From NCBI GenBank assembly GCA_964598145.1, contig CAZRAM010000003.1:333025-397024 (forward strand): 64,000 nt of DNA. The letters are read 5' to 3'. A program made the position numbers and the translations under genes. A model generated the notes under the pieces. It was not told the DNA's origin. It did not search any database and saw nothing but the letters and a program-made list of their open reading frames with translations. Below, piece by piece: positions 19,405-29,503 of this stretch. Positions within the stretch are counted from its first letter, which is position 1. Each line of letters starts with the position of its first letter. The stretch is from an uncultured Pseudomonadales bacterium. Its GTDB lineage: Bacteria > Pseudomonadota > Gammaproteobacteria > Pseudomonadales > JAHEIH01.

Positions 19405-21444
19405 ATGGAAACGTCGACAGCCATCGATAAATCACAGGGTCGCGAGATCCGTTGGTTAGTTGTCGCGCTAGTGGTGTGTTTGTTCGCACTGTTGGCCAAC
19501 ATGGTGGTGTTTTACCAAGACAGCAGCCGCGATCAGGAGCGCTTGGATCGACTAGCGCAAATGCGCGTGCAAATTCGCAACATCGCGGACGCCGGAGAGC
19601 TCGCTCTGACGGGTGACCTCAACGCCTTTGAGCAATTGCAGCGCGAGCAACAAACCCACGCCCAAAATAGCCAGCGCGTGGTGGCATTGTCCCAGGGCGA
19701 TAGCGGTTTCTCTGACGGTGGCCTTGGGCGACTAAATAGTAACTTTAGTGCCCACATCAAAGAGCTACTTGCCATGCAAGATAGCTTGATGTTGCTCAAC
19801 ACCGATATCGAGGTGACAGCCCAGGCCCTGCCAACCTTGCGCCAACAGTGGGCAGATATTTTAGAGTTGATGTTGAGCCGCAATCTGCCCGATGAGCAGG
19901 TGATGGCAGTCAACGAGCAAATATGGCTGACCGACCGCATGATTCGCCAATTGGATTACGTGCGCTTTGGTCGTGGTGATGGTCGCGCGCTGCTACAGCA
20001 ATTTGCTATCGACGCCGGCAAAATTAGTAATACCACCGCCGACCTTATGCGCGGTTCTACCAACCTTCCGCGGCTGCGCGACGATACCGCACGCGGTTTG
20101 CTTGGCGCCATCGACGAGCAACTAGCCATGTTGGCGCGTTCGATTCGCCAGGTGGGCGAATTATCAGATAGCTTCGCCCAGGCTAAAACCGCGGCCGATG
20201 CCATCGCGGCCGAGCAATTAGAGATTGATCAAGCGGCCGAGCGAATCGCCAGTGCCGTCGAAAACCTCGCCGACAGTCGATATATCGGCTTGCGTTCGAT
20301 GGTGGTGTTTGCCCTTATTTCAACCTTGCTATTGTTCCTGGTGCTGCTGCGTCAGCGTCGCCTCACTCAGGCGCAGTTAGCCGAGTCTGCCGCCGTCACC
20401 GAGCGCAATCAAAAGGCGATTTTGCGCTTGCTGGATGAGTTGGCCGACCTGGCCGACGGCGACTTAACGGTCAGCGCCACTGTGACCGAGGACTTCACCG
20501 GCGCCATCGCCGACTCGATCAATTTTACCGTCGACCAGCTCAGGGTGCTGGTATCTAATATTAACGACACCGCGGTTAAGGTGTCTGGGGCGGCTCAGGA
20601 TTCACAGGCCACTGCCCTGCAGTTGGCCAAGGCGTCCGAGCACCAAGCCCACGAAATCGCTGGCGCCTCCGCCGCGATTAACGAAATGGCCGTTACCATT
20701 GACCAGGTATCGCTCAACGCGGAAGAGTCTGCCCGCGTGGCAGACCGCTCGGTAGAGTTGGCGGATACCGGTGCCAACGTCGTGCGCAATACCATCGAAG
20801 GGATGGATACGATTCGAGAACAGATTCAAGATACCGCTAAGCGGATCAAGCGACTTGGCGAGAGTTCGCAGGAGATCGGCGATATTATCTCCTTGATTAA
20901 CGATATTGCCGACCAAACCAACATTCTGGCGTTGAACGCAGCGATCCAAGCGTCGATGGCTGGCGATGCCGGCCGCGGTTTCGCGGTGGTTGCCGACGAA
21001 GTACAGCGCTTGGCGGAGCGTTCATCGGCGGCTACCCGTCAAATTGAAGCGCTGGTAAAAACCATTCAAAGCGACACCAGCGAAGCGGTGATTTCAATGG
21101 AAAAAACCACCGCTGATGTGGTGCGAGGTGCCGGCCTAGCCAACGATGCGGGTGTGGCGCTGGCTGAGATTGAAGAGGTGTCGGGCGACTTAGCCGAGCT
21201 GATTCAAAACATCTCCAACGCGGCGCGGCAACAGGCCTCGTCGGCGAACCACGTGTCGAACACCATGAACGTCATCCAGGACATTACCTCCCAGACCGCC
21301 CAGGGCACTATGGCCACCGCGCGTTCGATTGGTAACCTGTCCGATTTGGCGAATGAACTGCGCAACTCTGTGGCGGGTTTCACCCTGCCTCATAAATCCG
21401 CCCCCAAGCCCAAAAATGTGGCTGACCAACCCGCCGAGGAATAA
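19405..21444 (+). CDS. pilJ: Methyl-accepting chemotaxis protein PilJ
   Basis: 679 aa with two TM segments, a HAMP domain, and the highly conserved MCP hairpin [33 protein letters not shown]. Confidence 0.92.
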   Translation: METSTAIDKSQGREIRWLVVALVVCLFALLANMVVFYQDSSRDQERLDRLAQMRVQIRNIADAGELALTGDLNAFEQLQREQQTHAQNSQRVVALSQGDSGFSDGGLGRLNSNFSAHIKELLAMQDSLMLLNTDIEVTAQALPTLRQQWADILELMLSRNLPDEQVMAVNEQIWLTDRMIRQLDYVRFGRGDGRALLQQFAIDAGKISNTTADLMRGSTNLPRLRDDTARGLLGAIDEQLAMLARSIRQVGELSDSFAQAKTAADAIAAEQLEIDQAAERIASAVENLADSRYIGLRSMVVFALISTLLLFLVLLRQRRLTQAQLAESAAVTERNQKAILRLLDELADLADGDLTVSATVTEDFTGAIADSINFTVDQLRVLVSNINDTAVKVSGAAQDSQATALQLAKASEHQAHEIAGASAAINEMAVTIDQVSLNAEESARVADRSVELADTGANVVRNTIEGMDTIREQIQDTAKRIKRLGESSQEIGDIISLINDIADQTNILALNAAIQASMAGDAGRGFAVVADEVQRLAERSSAATRQIEALVKTIQSDTSEAVISMEKTTADVVRGAGLANDAGVALAEIEEVSGDLAELIQNISNAARQQASSANHVSNTMNVIQDITSQTAQGTMATARSIGNLSDLANELRNSVAGFTLPHKSAPKPKNVADQPAEE

Positions 21445-21446
21445 GG

Positions 21447-22241
21447 GTGATTGAAGCGGCGGTGGAAAAGGCGTGGCGCCAAATGCTGAGCGATCGCTTA
21501 GGGCTCAGCTACAGCGAGCATTCGCCGGTGCTCAACACCGCCATCCAGCGCCTGTGCCGGTTGTTTGATATGACAGCCAGCGAAGCCCTCGACGTATTGC
21601 AGTTATGTGGTGATGACGATCCCATGTGGCAGCGCGCTCGGGATGAAGTGGTCGTTTCCAGCAGTCGATTTTTTCGTGACCCGGAGATGTATGCCACGGT
21701 CGAACAATGGTTGTCGGCGCGCGCTGTGGACGACACCTTAACCGCCATTAGTTATGGTTCAGCGGACGGGCGCGAGGCCTACAGCTTGGCCATGTTATTC
21801 AGCGAGGCGGCGTGTCCATTTGCGATTATTGGTGTGGATATTTCTCCACGTGCCCTTGAGCAGGCGAATCAAGCGCACTACAGCCTGCGTGATATCGACG
21901 AAATCCCAACGGGTCTGCAAGCCAAATATACCCGTTCTGTGGCAGACAATCGTTTTACCTTAGTGCCGAAAATCCGTGACGCCGTACGTTTTTTTGATCC
22001 GGCCGCGTTGAGTAGTGAAGAGCCGCTGTGCGCGGACCTCATTTGCTGCCAGAATACACTTATGTACCTGACCCGCGAGCAACAGATGAGCCACTTACAA
22101 TGGTTTGAAGAGCACTTAAATCCCGGTGGATTACTTCTGTTGAGTCCTACCGACCAGCCTCAGTGGCGAGGCAAAGGTCTTCAGCGCTATGCCAGCCCGC
22201 GTGTTAGAGCCCTTCATAAACCGATGGAGGATGCGGCGTGA
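21447..22241 (+). CDS. pilK: CheR-type chemoreceptor methyltransferase PilK
   Basis: 264 aa, GTG start, with FFRD motif, SYGSADGREAYSLAM (SAM fold motif I region), and NTLMYL. Confidence 0.8.
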   Translation: MIEAAVEKAWRQMLSDRLGLSYSEHSPVLNTAIQRLCRLFDMTASEALDVLQLCGDDDPMWQRARDEVVVSSSRFFRDPEMYATVEQWLSARAVDDTLTAISYGSADGREAYSLAMLFSEAACPFAIIGVDISPRALEQANQAHYSLRDIDEIPTGLQAKYTRSVADNRFTLVPKIRDAVRFFDPAALSSEEPLCADLICCQNTLMYLTREQQMSHLQWFEEHLNPGGLLLLSPTDQPQWRGKGLQRYASPRVRALHKPMEDAA

Positions 22242-25200
22242 CTACCCAGTTAGTCGATCTTCACCCCTCGCTCAGCGGTCTTTGGCAGGAATTGCAGGAG
22301 ACGGATTTAACGTCGACCGAGTGTTGGCGCGATCTTGCGGTTGCCCTGCAATTCAGTGCCGTACCCGGTCTTCAGTTCCTTGGTAGCGAGTTGTACAACA
22401 GTTTGCGCCGCGACACCGCCGGTAAGTTATTCAAGTCAGGTCCCGAGTTGAGCGATATCGCTGACCATGTTAAGCGAGCCATCGGCGGGGCGTTTCAGGG
22501 GGATGCCTATCCGCCTTCAGCGTTAGTGGCGATCAACGCGCTGCGGGTTAACACCCAACAAAACCTATTCTCAGCGAATCATTGGGCGGCCGACTTAGAT
22601 AGTGCCGAGGTAGTCAGCTTAGCTGATGGTGATAGGGAAAAACTGCGCGCTTGGCTTGTAAAAGCTGGCCAGTTGTTCAAGTTAGCCATGATGCAGATGA
22701 TGAAGGGCGAGCAAGATGGCCTGACGGCGCTGCAAAAGTTGTTACCTCGCCTAGCGGGCGTGACCAAGGGCTGCGCGAGTCAACCCATGTGGCAAGCGGC
22801 GCAGGCTTTCGTGGCCCAACTCGATTCAGCCGCGGCGCGGCGCGCTTTGCCGCAAATTCTGCTGCGCTATGTGTTGCAAAATCTCAATGTCATCGCCAAG
22901 GCAGCCGAACCTGAAGCCGAGCGTGGGCAAACGCTGGTGTTGGCGCGACAATTATCTGTATATGCCGCTAGCAACGCCGACGTGAGTGATTGGTTGGTGA
23001 TGGCGCCCGATGCCAAGTACGACCATGCCCAGCAGGCACTGCGAGAGCTGCAAGGCGCGCTGCTGGATTTCTTCGAAGATGGTTCAGAATTTGACGTGCT
23101 CAAAGCGGTACCTGCCCATGCCGCTCACCTGGCCGATGCCCTTCACGCAGCGGATCTTGTGACCTGTGCCGACTACGCCAAGACATTGTCGGCGTATGTT
23201 GACCAACAAGTGCTGTCGCGCAAGTTGCTGCCCAGTGCTGAGCGCATCGACCAGTTGACCCGGGTTGTCATCGCGATTGAATGGGCACTGCGTCTCGCGG
23301 CTTGGCACCTGCCTTGGCAGGCAGCCCTGCAAGGCGCCGAACGCAGCGAGCAACAATTGGCAGCTGCGATTAATGATGCGCTGCCGAGCGCGCCACCGTC
23401 AGAGCCAATAGTGGCCCCAACAGAACCTGTGGTGTCGGATATTGATCCAGAATTGCGCGATATCTTTGTCGAAGAGGCCCGCGAGGTTTTGCAGGACATG
23501 CAAAGCGCGCTCGACGATGGCGAACTTGGGCACGACGCCTTGGCCGAAATTCGACGCGGCTTCCACACCATCAAGGGCAGCGGCCGTATGGTCGGCGCCG
23601 AAGCGATTGGTGAGTTTGGCTGGAGTTTAGAAAACACCTACAACCAGCTTTTGCAGGGCAGCCAGACTTTGAGTATCGGTCACGCGCCATTAATTGCTGC
23701 GGCCGTGGAAGAGTTGAACCTGATGGTGGAGGCGTTAGCCGTCGGTCAGGGCGATAGTTTGACGCCCCGTGCCGCCCGCTTGAATGCCCTGCTTCAACAA
23801 CAAACGAGTCAGCAGCCACCACCCGCCGAGGCGTGGGCAGAGGCTTTGGCCGACAGCAGCGATTCGCTAGAGGATGTCTTTACCCCCGAAGCTCTGCAAT
23901 ATTTAGATACCGTACAGGCCTTTGTCGAGCGCGCCAAATCGCTGGGCGGCAATGTCGATGTGCCTAACGATGTGCTGCGCGCCATGCACACCCTCAAAGG
24001 CGGCGCTAAGACGGCGCAGTTGGAGAGCTTGAGCCAGTTGATCGTACCGCTTGAGGGCAAGTTGAAGCTGGCCCACAAAGTCGATATTGAAGCCATTGAA
24101 TTGCTCGAAGAGGCCATCGCCATGGCGCGACTTTGTCTTACCGAGCAGCACGATGAAGATCAACTGTGCGCTCTGCAAACGCGTATTTCGGCCTGGGATA
24201 CGGCGCAAACCGAAGCGGTCGAAACGGCCATGGCGTCGTTGCTGGCGGTGGGCGAAACGCTAGACAATATGTACCCGGCGATGTTGTCCCACGACCTCAA
24301 TTTTGACTGGCACGGTCACGCCGAGCAACTGCAACAAGACGCGGCTCCATTGGCGGCGAGTCAGCCCTCCATGGCGGCATTGCTTAGCGCCATGGCTGAC
24401 TTCATTCTGCGCCATATCGTCGATAAACAGGTGTTAGATCACCTCGAGCCCGCCCTTGGGCAAGCCTTTGACGCGTTAAATCTCATCGCCGCAGACCAGG
24501 CACCGGTGATCGATAAGGCGACTCTAGACAGTTTGTCTCAGCAGTTAGAAAGCGCCGATCAAGAGCTGGAAGATAGCCGCCAAGAGATCGATTCACCGCT
24601 GGCAAAATCCTTGAGTGAAGAGGCTCCCGCCCCCTTATTGGAACCCCGTGAGGAGCCAGCCAGCGCGAGTGATGAGGTCACGCCGCCGGGAAAGCCTAAA
24701 GCGGCCGAGCCAGACGACGCGGTCGACCCAGAACTGATCGAGATATTCAGTGAAGAGGCGCAGGAATTAATCGAAGCCATCGATGCCTCCCTAAGCGAGT
24801 GGCAGCAATCACCCGGAAGTGAAACCCTTAGCGCCGATCTCAAGCGCCAGTTACATACCCTCAAAGGAGGGGCGCGGATGGTTAATTGGCGCGATATGGC
24901 TGCCACCGCGCACGATTTTGAAAGCGAGCTCATCGCCTTGGGAACGTCTCCCAATGCCGATCACTTCCGCACCTGGCGTGGCTATTGGCAGACCCTGGAT
25001 GACATGTTGCGCGGCCTCGATAGTGGTGAAGAGGACGAGGCGCCGGTCGCCGCGGTGGCCATTAAAAGCGAAAAAGCCCCCAAGGCTATCGATTTACTCA
25101 AGGTCCCCGTCGATACCCTTGAAGAAATGGCCAATATCGGTGGCGAAATTACTATTAGCCGCAGTCAGCTCGATGAACAACGCCGCGCCATGCTCAAAGT

Positions 25201-26926
25201 CGTCACCGAATTGGAAGCTGCACAGCAGCGCACCATGGATCAGCTGCGCCGGCTCGATACCCAAACCCAGGCCCAGATCGCCTATCGCCGCGAGCAGTTG
25301 GAAACCACCGCCGATGAGTCCTTTGACCCTCTGGAAATGGACCGCTACACCGTGCTGCAACAGCTCACCAACGGTTTGATGGAGTCGCTGAGCGACATTG
25401 GCGATTTAAAATCGACCGCCACCGACCTATTGCGCAACATGGAAACCACCCTGGTGCAGCAGGGTCGGATGAGTGCCTCGCTGGTACAGAAACTCCACCA
25501 GTCGCGAATGATTCCTGTCGCGCGCTTAATGCCAAGGCTACGCCGTCTAGTGGATCAAATTAGTTTAGAACTCGGCAAGCCGGTGGAATTTGTCGCGGAA
25601 CAAATCGAGGGTGAATTGCAGCGCTCGGTGCTCGAACGTATTGCCACCTCGCTCGAGCATATTGTTCGCAACGCGCTCGACCACGGCATTGAAACACCTG
25701 AGCAGCGCGCCGCACAGGGAAAACCCGAGGTCGGCACGATCAAGTTGAGCGTGCAACGGCGCGACAACGAATTAGTATTTGTGATGAGCGACGACGGCGG
25801 CGGCATTAACCGCGAAGCGGTGTTAGCCAAGGCGGTCGCCCGCGGTATCGTAGCCGACGACGAGCAGTTGTCGCCCAACGATGTGCTGCGTTTGATCATG
25901 CGCCCTGGTTTCAGTACCGCCACCAAGGTGACTGAGATTTCGGGTCGCGGCGTTGGGATGGATGTGGTCGATAATGAGATGCTGTCGTTGGGTGGGCGCG
26001 TTGAAGTGCAGTCCATCGTTGAACACGGCACTGAATTTACCCTCGTAGTGCCTTTCTCACAGTCGGTCAATCGCGCCTTGATGGTTGACGTTGGCAGCCA
26101 GCGCTTCGCGGTGCCCTTTGCCGGTATCGAGGGCATTATGCGCATTTCACGTCGCGAGTTAGCTGGCCTAAGAGAAAATAAAGACAGTCGTTTGAGCTAC
26201 GGTAAACAGCATTATCACTTCTGCGAAATGGCACAATTGCTGGGTCTAGAAGAGGAGGTGAGTGTTGTACAAGAGGGCTATTCGCCACTCATTTTATTGC
26301 GTGCCGGCGATGGTAACTTTGCGGTACGGGTCGACGCCCTTCGCGGTAGTCGCGAGTTGGTGGTGAAATCCCTGGGGCCACAGTTCGGCAAGCTGATGGG
26401 CATCGCTGGTGCCACCATCATGGGGGATGGCAGCGTAATCAGTATCGTTGATTTACCACCCTTGTTGCGGGCCTGGCAGCAGGGATTGCGATTTATACAC
26501 GCGGCCGATGACAGTGTTGCCCGCCGTGAGCAGCAGGCCACCGTGATGATCGTGGACGACTCGATTACGGTGCGCAAAATTACCTCACGCTTGTTGGAAC
26601 GCCACCAGTTCTCGGTCATGACCGCCAAAGATGGTGTCGACGGTTTAGAAAAGCTTGAAGGCCAAATGCCTAACATCATCTTGCTAGATGTGGAAATGCC
26701 CCGGATGGACGGTTTTGAATTCGCGAGCCAAGTACGCCATAGCGAGCAGTGGCAGCACATACCGATTGTTATGGTGAGCTCGCGCAGCGGTGAAAAGCAT
26801 CGCCGCCGCGCCGAGGAAGTAGGGGTCGATCACTTATTGAGTAAGCCCTATCGCGAAGAGGTCCTGCTCGACATGATCAATGAGCTTTTACAGCACGGCC
26901 GCCGCGGGGAGGCAGATAATGGCTAG
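22238..26926 (+). CDS. chpA: Hybrid CheA-type histidine kinase ChpA (multi-Hpt, CheW-like and receiver domains)
   Basis: 1562 aa; the GTG start overlaps the pilK stop (GTGA). Three Hpt motifs (FHTIKGSGRMVG, MHTLKGGAKTAQ, LHTLKGGARMVN), HATPase N/G boxes (HIVRNALDHGIE, GRGVGMDVV), a CheW-like region, and a C-terminal REC domain (VMIVDDS..LLDVEMPRMDGFE..SKP). Confidence 0.92.
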   Translation: MTTQLVDLHPSLSGLWQELQETDLTSTECWRDLAVALQFSAVPGLQFLGSELYNSLRRDTAGKLFKSGPELSDIADHVKRAIGGAFQGDAYPPSALVAINALRVNTQQNLFSANHWAADLDSAEVVSLADGDREKLRAWLVKAGQLFKLAMMQMMKGEQDGLTALQKLLPRLAGVTKGCASQPMWQAAQAFVAQLDSAAARRALPQILLRYVLQNLNVIAKAAEPEAERGQTLVLARQLSVYAASNADVSDWLVMAPDAKYDHAQQALRELQGALLDFFEDGSEFDVLKAVPAHAAHLADALHAADLVTCADYAKTLSAYVDQQVLSRKLLPSAERIDQLTRVVIAIEWALRLAAWHLPWQAALQGAERSEQQLAAAINDALPSAPPSEPIVAPTEPVVSDIDPELRDIFVEEAREVLQDMQSALDDGELGHDALAEIRRGFHTIKGSGRMVGAEAIGEFGWSLENTYNQLLQGSQTLSIGHAPLIAAAVEELNLMVEALAVGQGDSLTPRAARLNALLQQQTSQQPPPAEAWAEALADSSDSLEDVFTPEALQYLDTVQAFVERAKSLGGNVDVPNDVLRAMHTLKGGAKTAQLESLSQLIVPLEGKLKLAHKVDIEAIELLEEAIAMARLCLTEQHDEDQLCALQTRISAWDTAQTEAVETAMASLLAVGETLDNMYPAMLSHDLNFDWHGHAEQLQQDAAPLAASQPSMAALLSAMADFILRHIVDKQVLDHLEPALGQAFDALNLIAADQAPVIDKATLDSLSQQLESADQELEDSRQEIDSPLAKSLSEEAPAPLLEPREEPASASDEVTPPGKPKAAEPDDAVDPELIEIFSEEAQELIEAIDASLSEWQQSPGSETLSADLKRQLHTLKGGARMVNWRDMAATAHDFESELIALGTSPNADHFRTWRGYWQTLDDMLRGLDSGEEDEAPVAAVAIKSEKAPKAIDLLKVPVDTLEEMANIGGEITISRSQLDEQRRAMLKVVTELEAAQQRTMDQLRRLDTQTQAQIAYRREQLETTADESFDPLEMDRYTVLQQLTNGLMESLSDIGDLKSTATDLLRNMETTLVQQGRMSASLVQKLHQSRMIPVARLMPRLRRLVDQISLELGKPVEFVAEQIEGELQRSVLERIATSLEHIVRNALDHGIETPEQRAAQGKPEVGTIKLSVQRRDNELVFVMSDDGGGINREAVLAKAVARGIVADDEQLSPNDVLRLIMRPGFSTATKVTEISGRGVGMDVVDNEMLSLGGRVEVQSIVEHGTEFTLVVPFSQSVNRALMVDVGSQRFAVPFAGIEGIMRISRRELAGLRENKDSRLSYGKQHYHFCEMAQLLGLEEEVSVVQEGYSPLILLRAGDGNFAVRVDALRGSRELVVKSLGPQFGKLMGIAGATIMGDGSVISIVDLPPLLRAWQQGLRFIHAADDSVARREQQATVMIVDDSITVRKITSRLLERHQFSVMTAKDGVDGLEKLEGQMPNIILLDVEMPRMDGFEFASQVRHSEQWQHIPIVMVSSRSGEKHRRRAEEVGVDHLLSKPYREEVLLDMINELLQHGRRGEADNG

Positions 26927-27341
26927 GCGTTCCATCGTCGCCCTACTCGCCGGCGAGGCCGATCAATACTTGGCCTGTGCCATGGTGCAGGCCGAGCAGG
27001 GCATGGTGATCATGCCCGATGTGGCTATTGCTGAAGTGGTCGGTTGGCAGAGTAATCTGAAGAGCCACGTGGTTTGGCGTGAGCGAGAGCTGCCCGTGCT
27101 CGATATCAGCGGCGGTGACAAGCGAGTGTGTGTGTTGGTGTTACACGCCGTGCACAAGCCCGCGCAGGAATTTTTTGCCGTAGCGGTAAAAACATTGCCC
27201 CGTATGTTGCGACTTAGCGTCGATGATATGCGCACCATCGATGCGCAATTAGTTTACCCCTGGCAGCGCAGTTGGGTGACGGTGGATGGCCGTCGCATGA
27301 TTCTGCCTGATTTTGAAAAATTAGAACAACTGATCGTTTAA
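26919..27341 (+). CDS. CheW-like protein (ChpC-like)
   Basis: The ORF track gives 26880..27341. The ATG at 26919 overlaps the chpA stop and gives MARRSIVALLAGEADQYLACAM... It has a CheW-like pattern (IAEVVGWQ..VVWRERELPVLDISG). The assignment is weaker than for pilI. Confidence 0.6.
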   Translation: MARRSIVALLAGEADQYLACAMVQAEQGMVIMPDVAIAEVVGWQSNLKSHVVWRERELPVLDISGGDKRVCVLVLHAVHKPAQEFFAVAVKTLPRMLRLSVDDMRTIDAQLVYPWQRSWVTVDGRRMILPDFEKLEQLIV

Positions 27342-27431
27342 CGAGAAAATACTGATCGTTTTTTGCTTCTAAGTTGTTATTTGAGGCTTTTAATTCGCCT
27401 TAAATGGTGTGGTGTTTAAGGAAAAACGACC

Positions 27432-28025
27432 ATGCCAAACAAGCAAGCTGGGCAGGCGTGGATAACATTGGAAGTTTCACTTTTAGCCTGCCATTCAGAA
27501 GACGACGCTGTCGATGAGTTTCGACGCTATGTGTTACGCCAATACGGTATTTCGATTGGTCATATCGATGCATTTATTCCCTTTGCTGGTGATCAGCATA
27601 ATTATTGTATGACCCTCAGTGATGTGCGCATTTACCTCGCCAGTGCCAGTATGACCGACGCGTTCTTGGCGGCTGCGAACGACCTGGCCAAGCTATTACG
27701 GCATCGCTTGCAGGCTATCTTTGAGGCCATCGACGCCGATGTGCTGACGCATTACTATCAGCAGTTAAGTCAGCCTTCATCCCCCACCCCTAGCATTAAC
27801 AAACTAATTTTTTGCCGACGTTATTTGAACGTTAACAACCCCTTAGCCATGATGGCCTGCCTCCTAGCCAGTGGTTTGTCTGTCAACGACGTGCAACAAC
27901 AGCTCGGCATATCGCGCACAACCCGGCGCACTTACCTGCAGCGCCTTACTAAGCAGTGCGGGGTAGACACGCAACAACAATTAATCCTTCACCTGACACA
28001 GGGGCCGTTGGCATGGCTGCAGTGA
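27432..28025 (+). CDS. Hypothetical protein with degenerate C-terminal LuxR/GerE-like HTH
   Basis: 197 aa with an AT-rich upstream gap of 90 nt. The C-terminus ASGLSVNDVQQQLGISRTTRRTYLQRLTKQCGVDTQQQLILHL aligns by eye with the HTH of the next gene. I do not recognise the N-terminal 140 aa. Confidence 0.6.
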   Translation: MPNKQAGQAWITLEVSLLACHSEDDAVDEFRRYVLRQYGISIGHIDAFIPFAGDQHNYCMTLSDVRIYLASASMTDAFLAAANDLAKLLRHRLQAIFEAIDADVLTHYYQQLSQPSSPTPSINKLIFCRRYLNVNNPLAMMACLLASGLSVNDVQQQLGISRTTRRTYLQRLTKQCGVDTQQQLILHLTQGPLAWLQ

Positions 28026-28807
28026 GCTGTATCTGGCAGCGGCGGCAATCGCGTTGGTTTCTAGTAGCGAATACCGATAAAGCACAATTTACGGCTGAGT
28101 GCATCGAAACTGTAAGCCTCATGCTCGAGCGGCAGCCACGCGCTTTTGGGGCATTGCGGCGCTACGTGCAACACCTTTTTCAGGGGCGTGCAAAGGTCGT
28201 GGTTGAACGTGCCAATGGCCACCAGTGGCTTGTGATAGCGCTTGCGGCAGACAAGATTCCTTGCACCATGGCATTTATTCAGCAGCAATTGCAGCGAGCA
28301 CAACCCCAGCACGACCTGGCAAGCCTGTTGGCATTGTTCAGCTCACCGGTGGCGCTAGTAAATTGCCGAACTGGACGCTCGCTGACCAACACGGCTTGGC
28401 GGCGTAAACATGAGGGTCTTGACCCGCCTCAGGCAGCAGCACTGGCATCTGCCATGCGGCAATTGTGCCGAGCTACGCCAGCCAACAACAGCGAATTTGC
28501 CTTGGATGAGGAGCAAGGATTACTGTTATTGCGGCAGCGAGGACAACGAGTAGGAGCTTGGCGTTTGATGGTATGGTATCGCGGTAAGCCCCACCAAACG
28601 GAGCCTCTAGGTAACTTATCCAACGCCGAGCGGCGCGTATGCAGGGCCTTGCAAGAAGGACTGTCGGTACAACAAGTGGCCGAAAGGCAGGCTAAGAGTA
28701 TTCACACCATTAGGACGCAGCTGCGCAATAGTTACAAAAAGCTGCGGGTCAATAATCAGGCCGATTTACTGCTAAAGCTAAAAGTCGCCCCACAAATATT
28801 GCAGTAG
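28013..28807 (+). CDS. LuxR-family HTH transcriptional regulator with uncharacterised (possibly PAS-like) N-terminal domain
   Basis: The ORF track gives 27956..28807. The ATG at 28013 (MAAVSCIWQ) overlaps the upstream stop by 13 nt. The C-terminus LSNAERRVCRALQEGLSVQQVAERQAKSIHTIRTQLRNSYKKLRVNNQADLLLKL is a GerE-type HTH. The central SPVALVNCRTGRSLTNTAWRR resembles a PAS core. Confidence 0.7.
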   Translation: MAAVSCIWQRRQSRWFLVANTDKAQFTAECIETVSLMLERQPRAFGALRRYVQHLFQGRAKVVVERANGHQWLVIALAADKIPCTMAFIQQQLQRAQPQHDLASLLALFSSPVALVNCRTGRSLTNTAWRRKHEGLDPPQAAALASAMRQLCRATPANNSEFALDEEQGLLLLRQRGQRVGAWRLMVWYRGKPHQTEPLGNLSNAERRVCRALQEGLSVQQVAERQAKSIHTIRTQLRNSYKKLRVNNQADLLLKLKVAPQILQ

Positions 28808-29503
28808 CGACAGCGCAGCTAACGGTGCTGTTTCAGTGCGCAATACCCGCGGACCGAGTTGCAGCGATACAAATCCCGCGCCGAGGGCACTGTCAATTTC
28901 CACTTGGCTCAATCCACCTTCAGGCCCGATCAGCAAACAGGCGCTGCTAGGTGTATCGCTGTGCTGCAGGGATTGATCACTGGTCGGATAAAGCACAAAT
29001 TTCACTTGGCTATTCTCGCCGGCGAGAAGCTGATCCAGCCGTTGGGGTACACATAGTTCTGGCAGCACACTGCGACTACATTGCTCGCAGGCGCTGCGGA
29101 TCACGCCCTGCCAGTGTTGCAGTTTTTTCTCGAGTCGATCGCCGTTGAGTTTCACATCGCCGTGTTCGGTGAACAGTGGCGTAATCTTGCTTACGCCAAG
29201 TTCGGTGGCCTTTTGTAAGACAAAATCCATGCGATCGCCCTTGGAAATGCCGATGGCGAGATGGCTTTGCAATGGCGATTCAGCGAGGCCATCGCGAACA
29301 CAGTGAACCGTCACCGTGGCGGATTTTTTGGTCGCCTCGGTGAGCTCGACATCAAATTCCAAGCCGCTGCCATCAAACATCACAAAACGATAGCCTAGTG
29401 GCGAGCGAAGTACCTTGAGCAGATAGTGGCTCGCACCCTCATCCAGCGTAAAGGTACCTGATCTAGGGAGTGTTAGGCTGCTGTAGAGTCGGCTGATCCG
29501 CAT
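28778..29503 (-). CDS. rsmE: 16S rRNA (uracil1498-N3)-methyltransferase RsmE
   Basis: 241 aa with an MRISRLY N-terminus and LLIGPEGGLSQVEI SPOUT motif. Confidence 0.85.
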   Translation of the reverse strand: MRISRLYSSLTLPRSGTFTLDEGASHYLLKVLRSPLGYRFVMFDGSGLEFDVELTEATKKSATVTVHCVRDGLAESPLQSHLAIGISKGDRMDFVLQKATELGVSKITPLFTEHGDVKLNGDRLEKKLQHWQGVIRSACEQCSRSVLPELCVPQRLDQLLAGENSQVKFVLYPTSDQSLQHSDTPSSACLLIGPEGGLSQVEIDSALGAGFVSLQLGPRVLRTETAPLAALSLLQYLWGDF

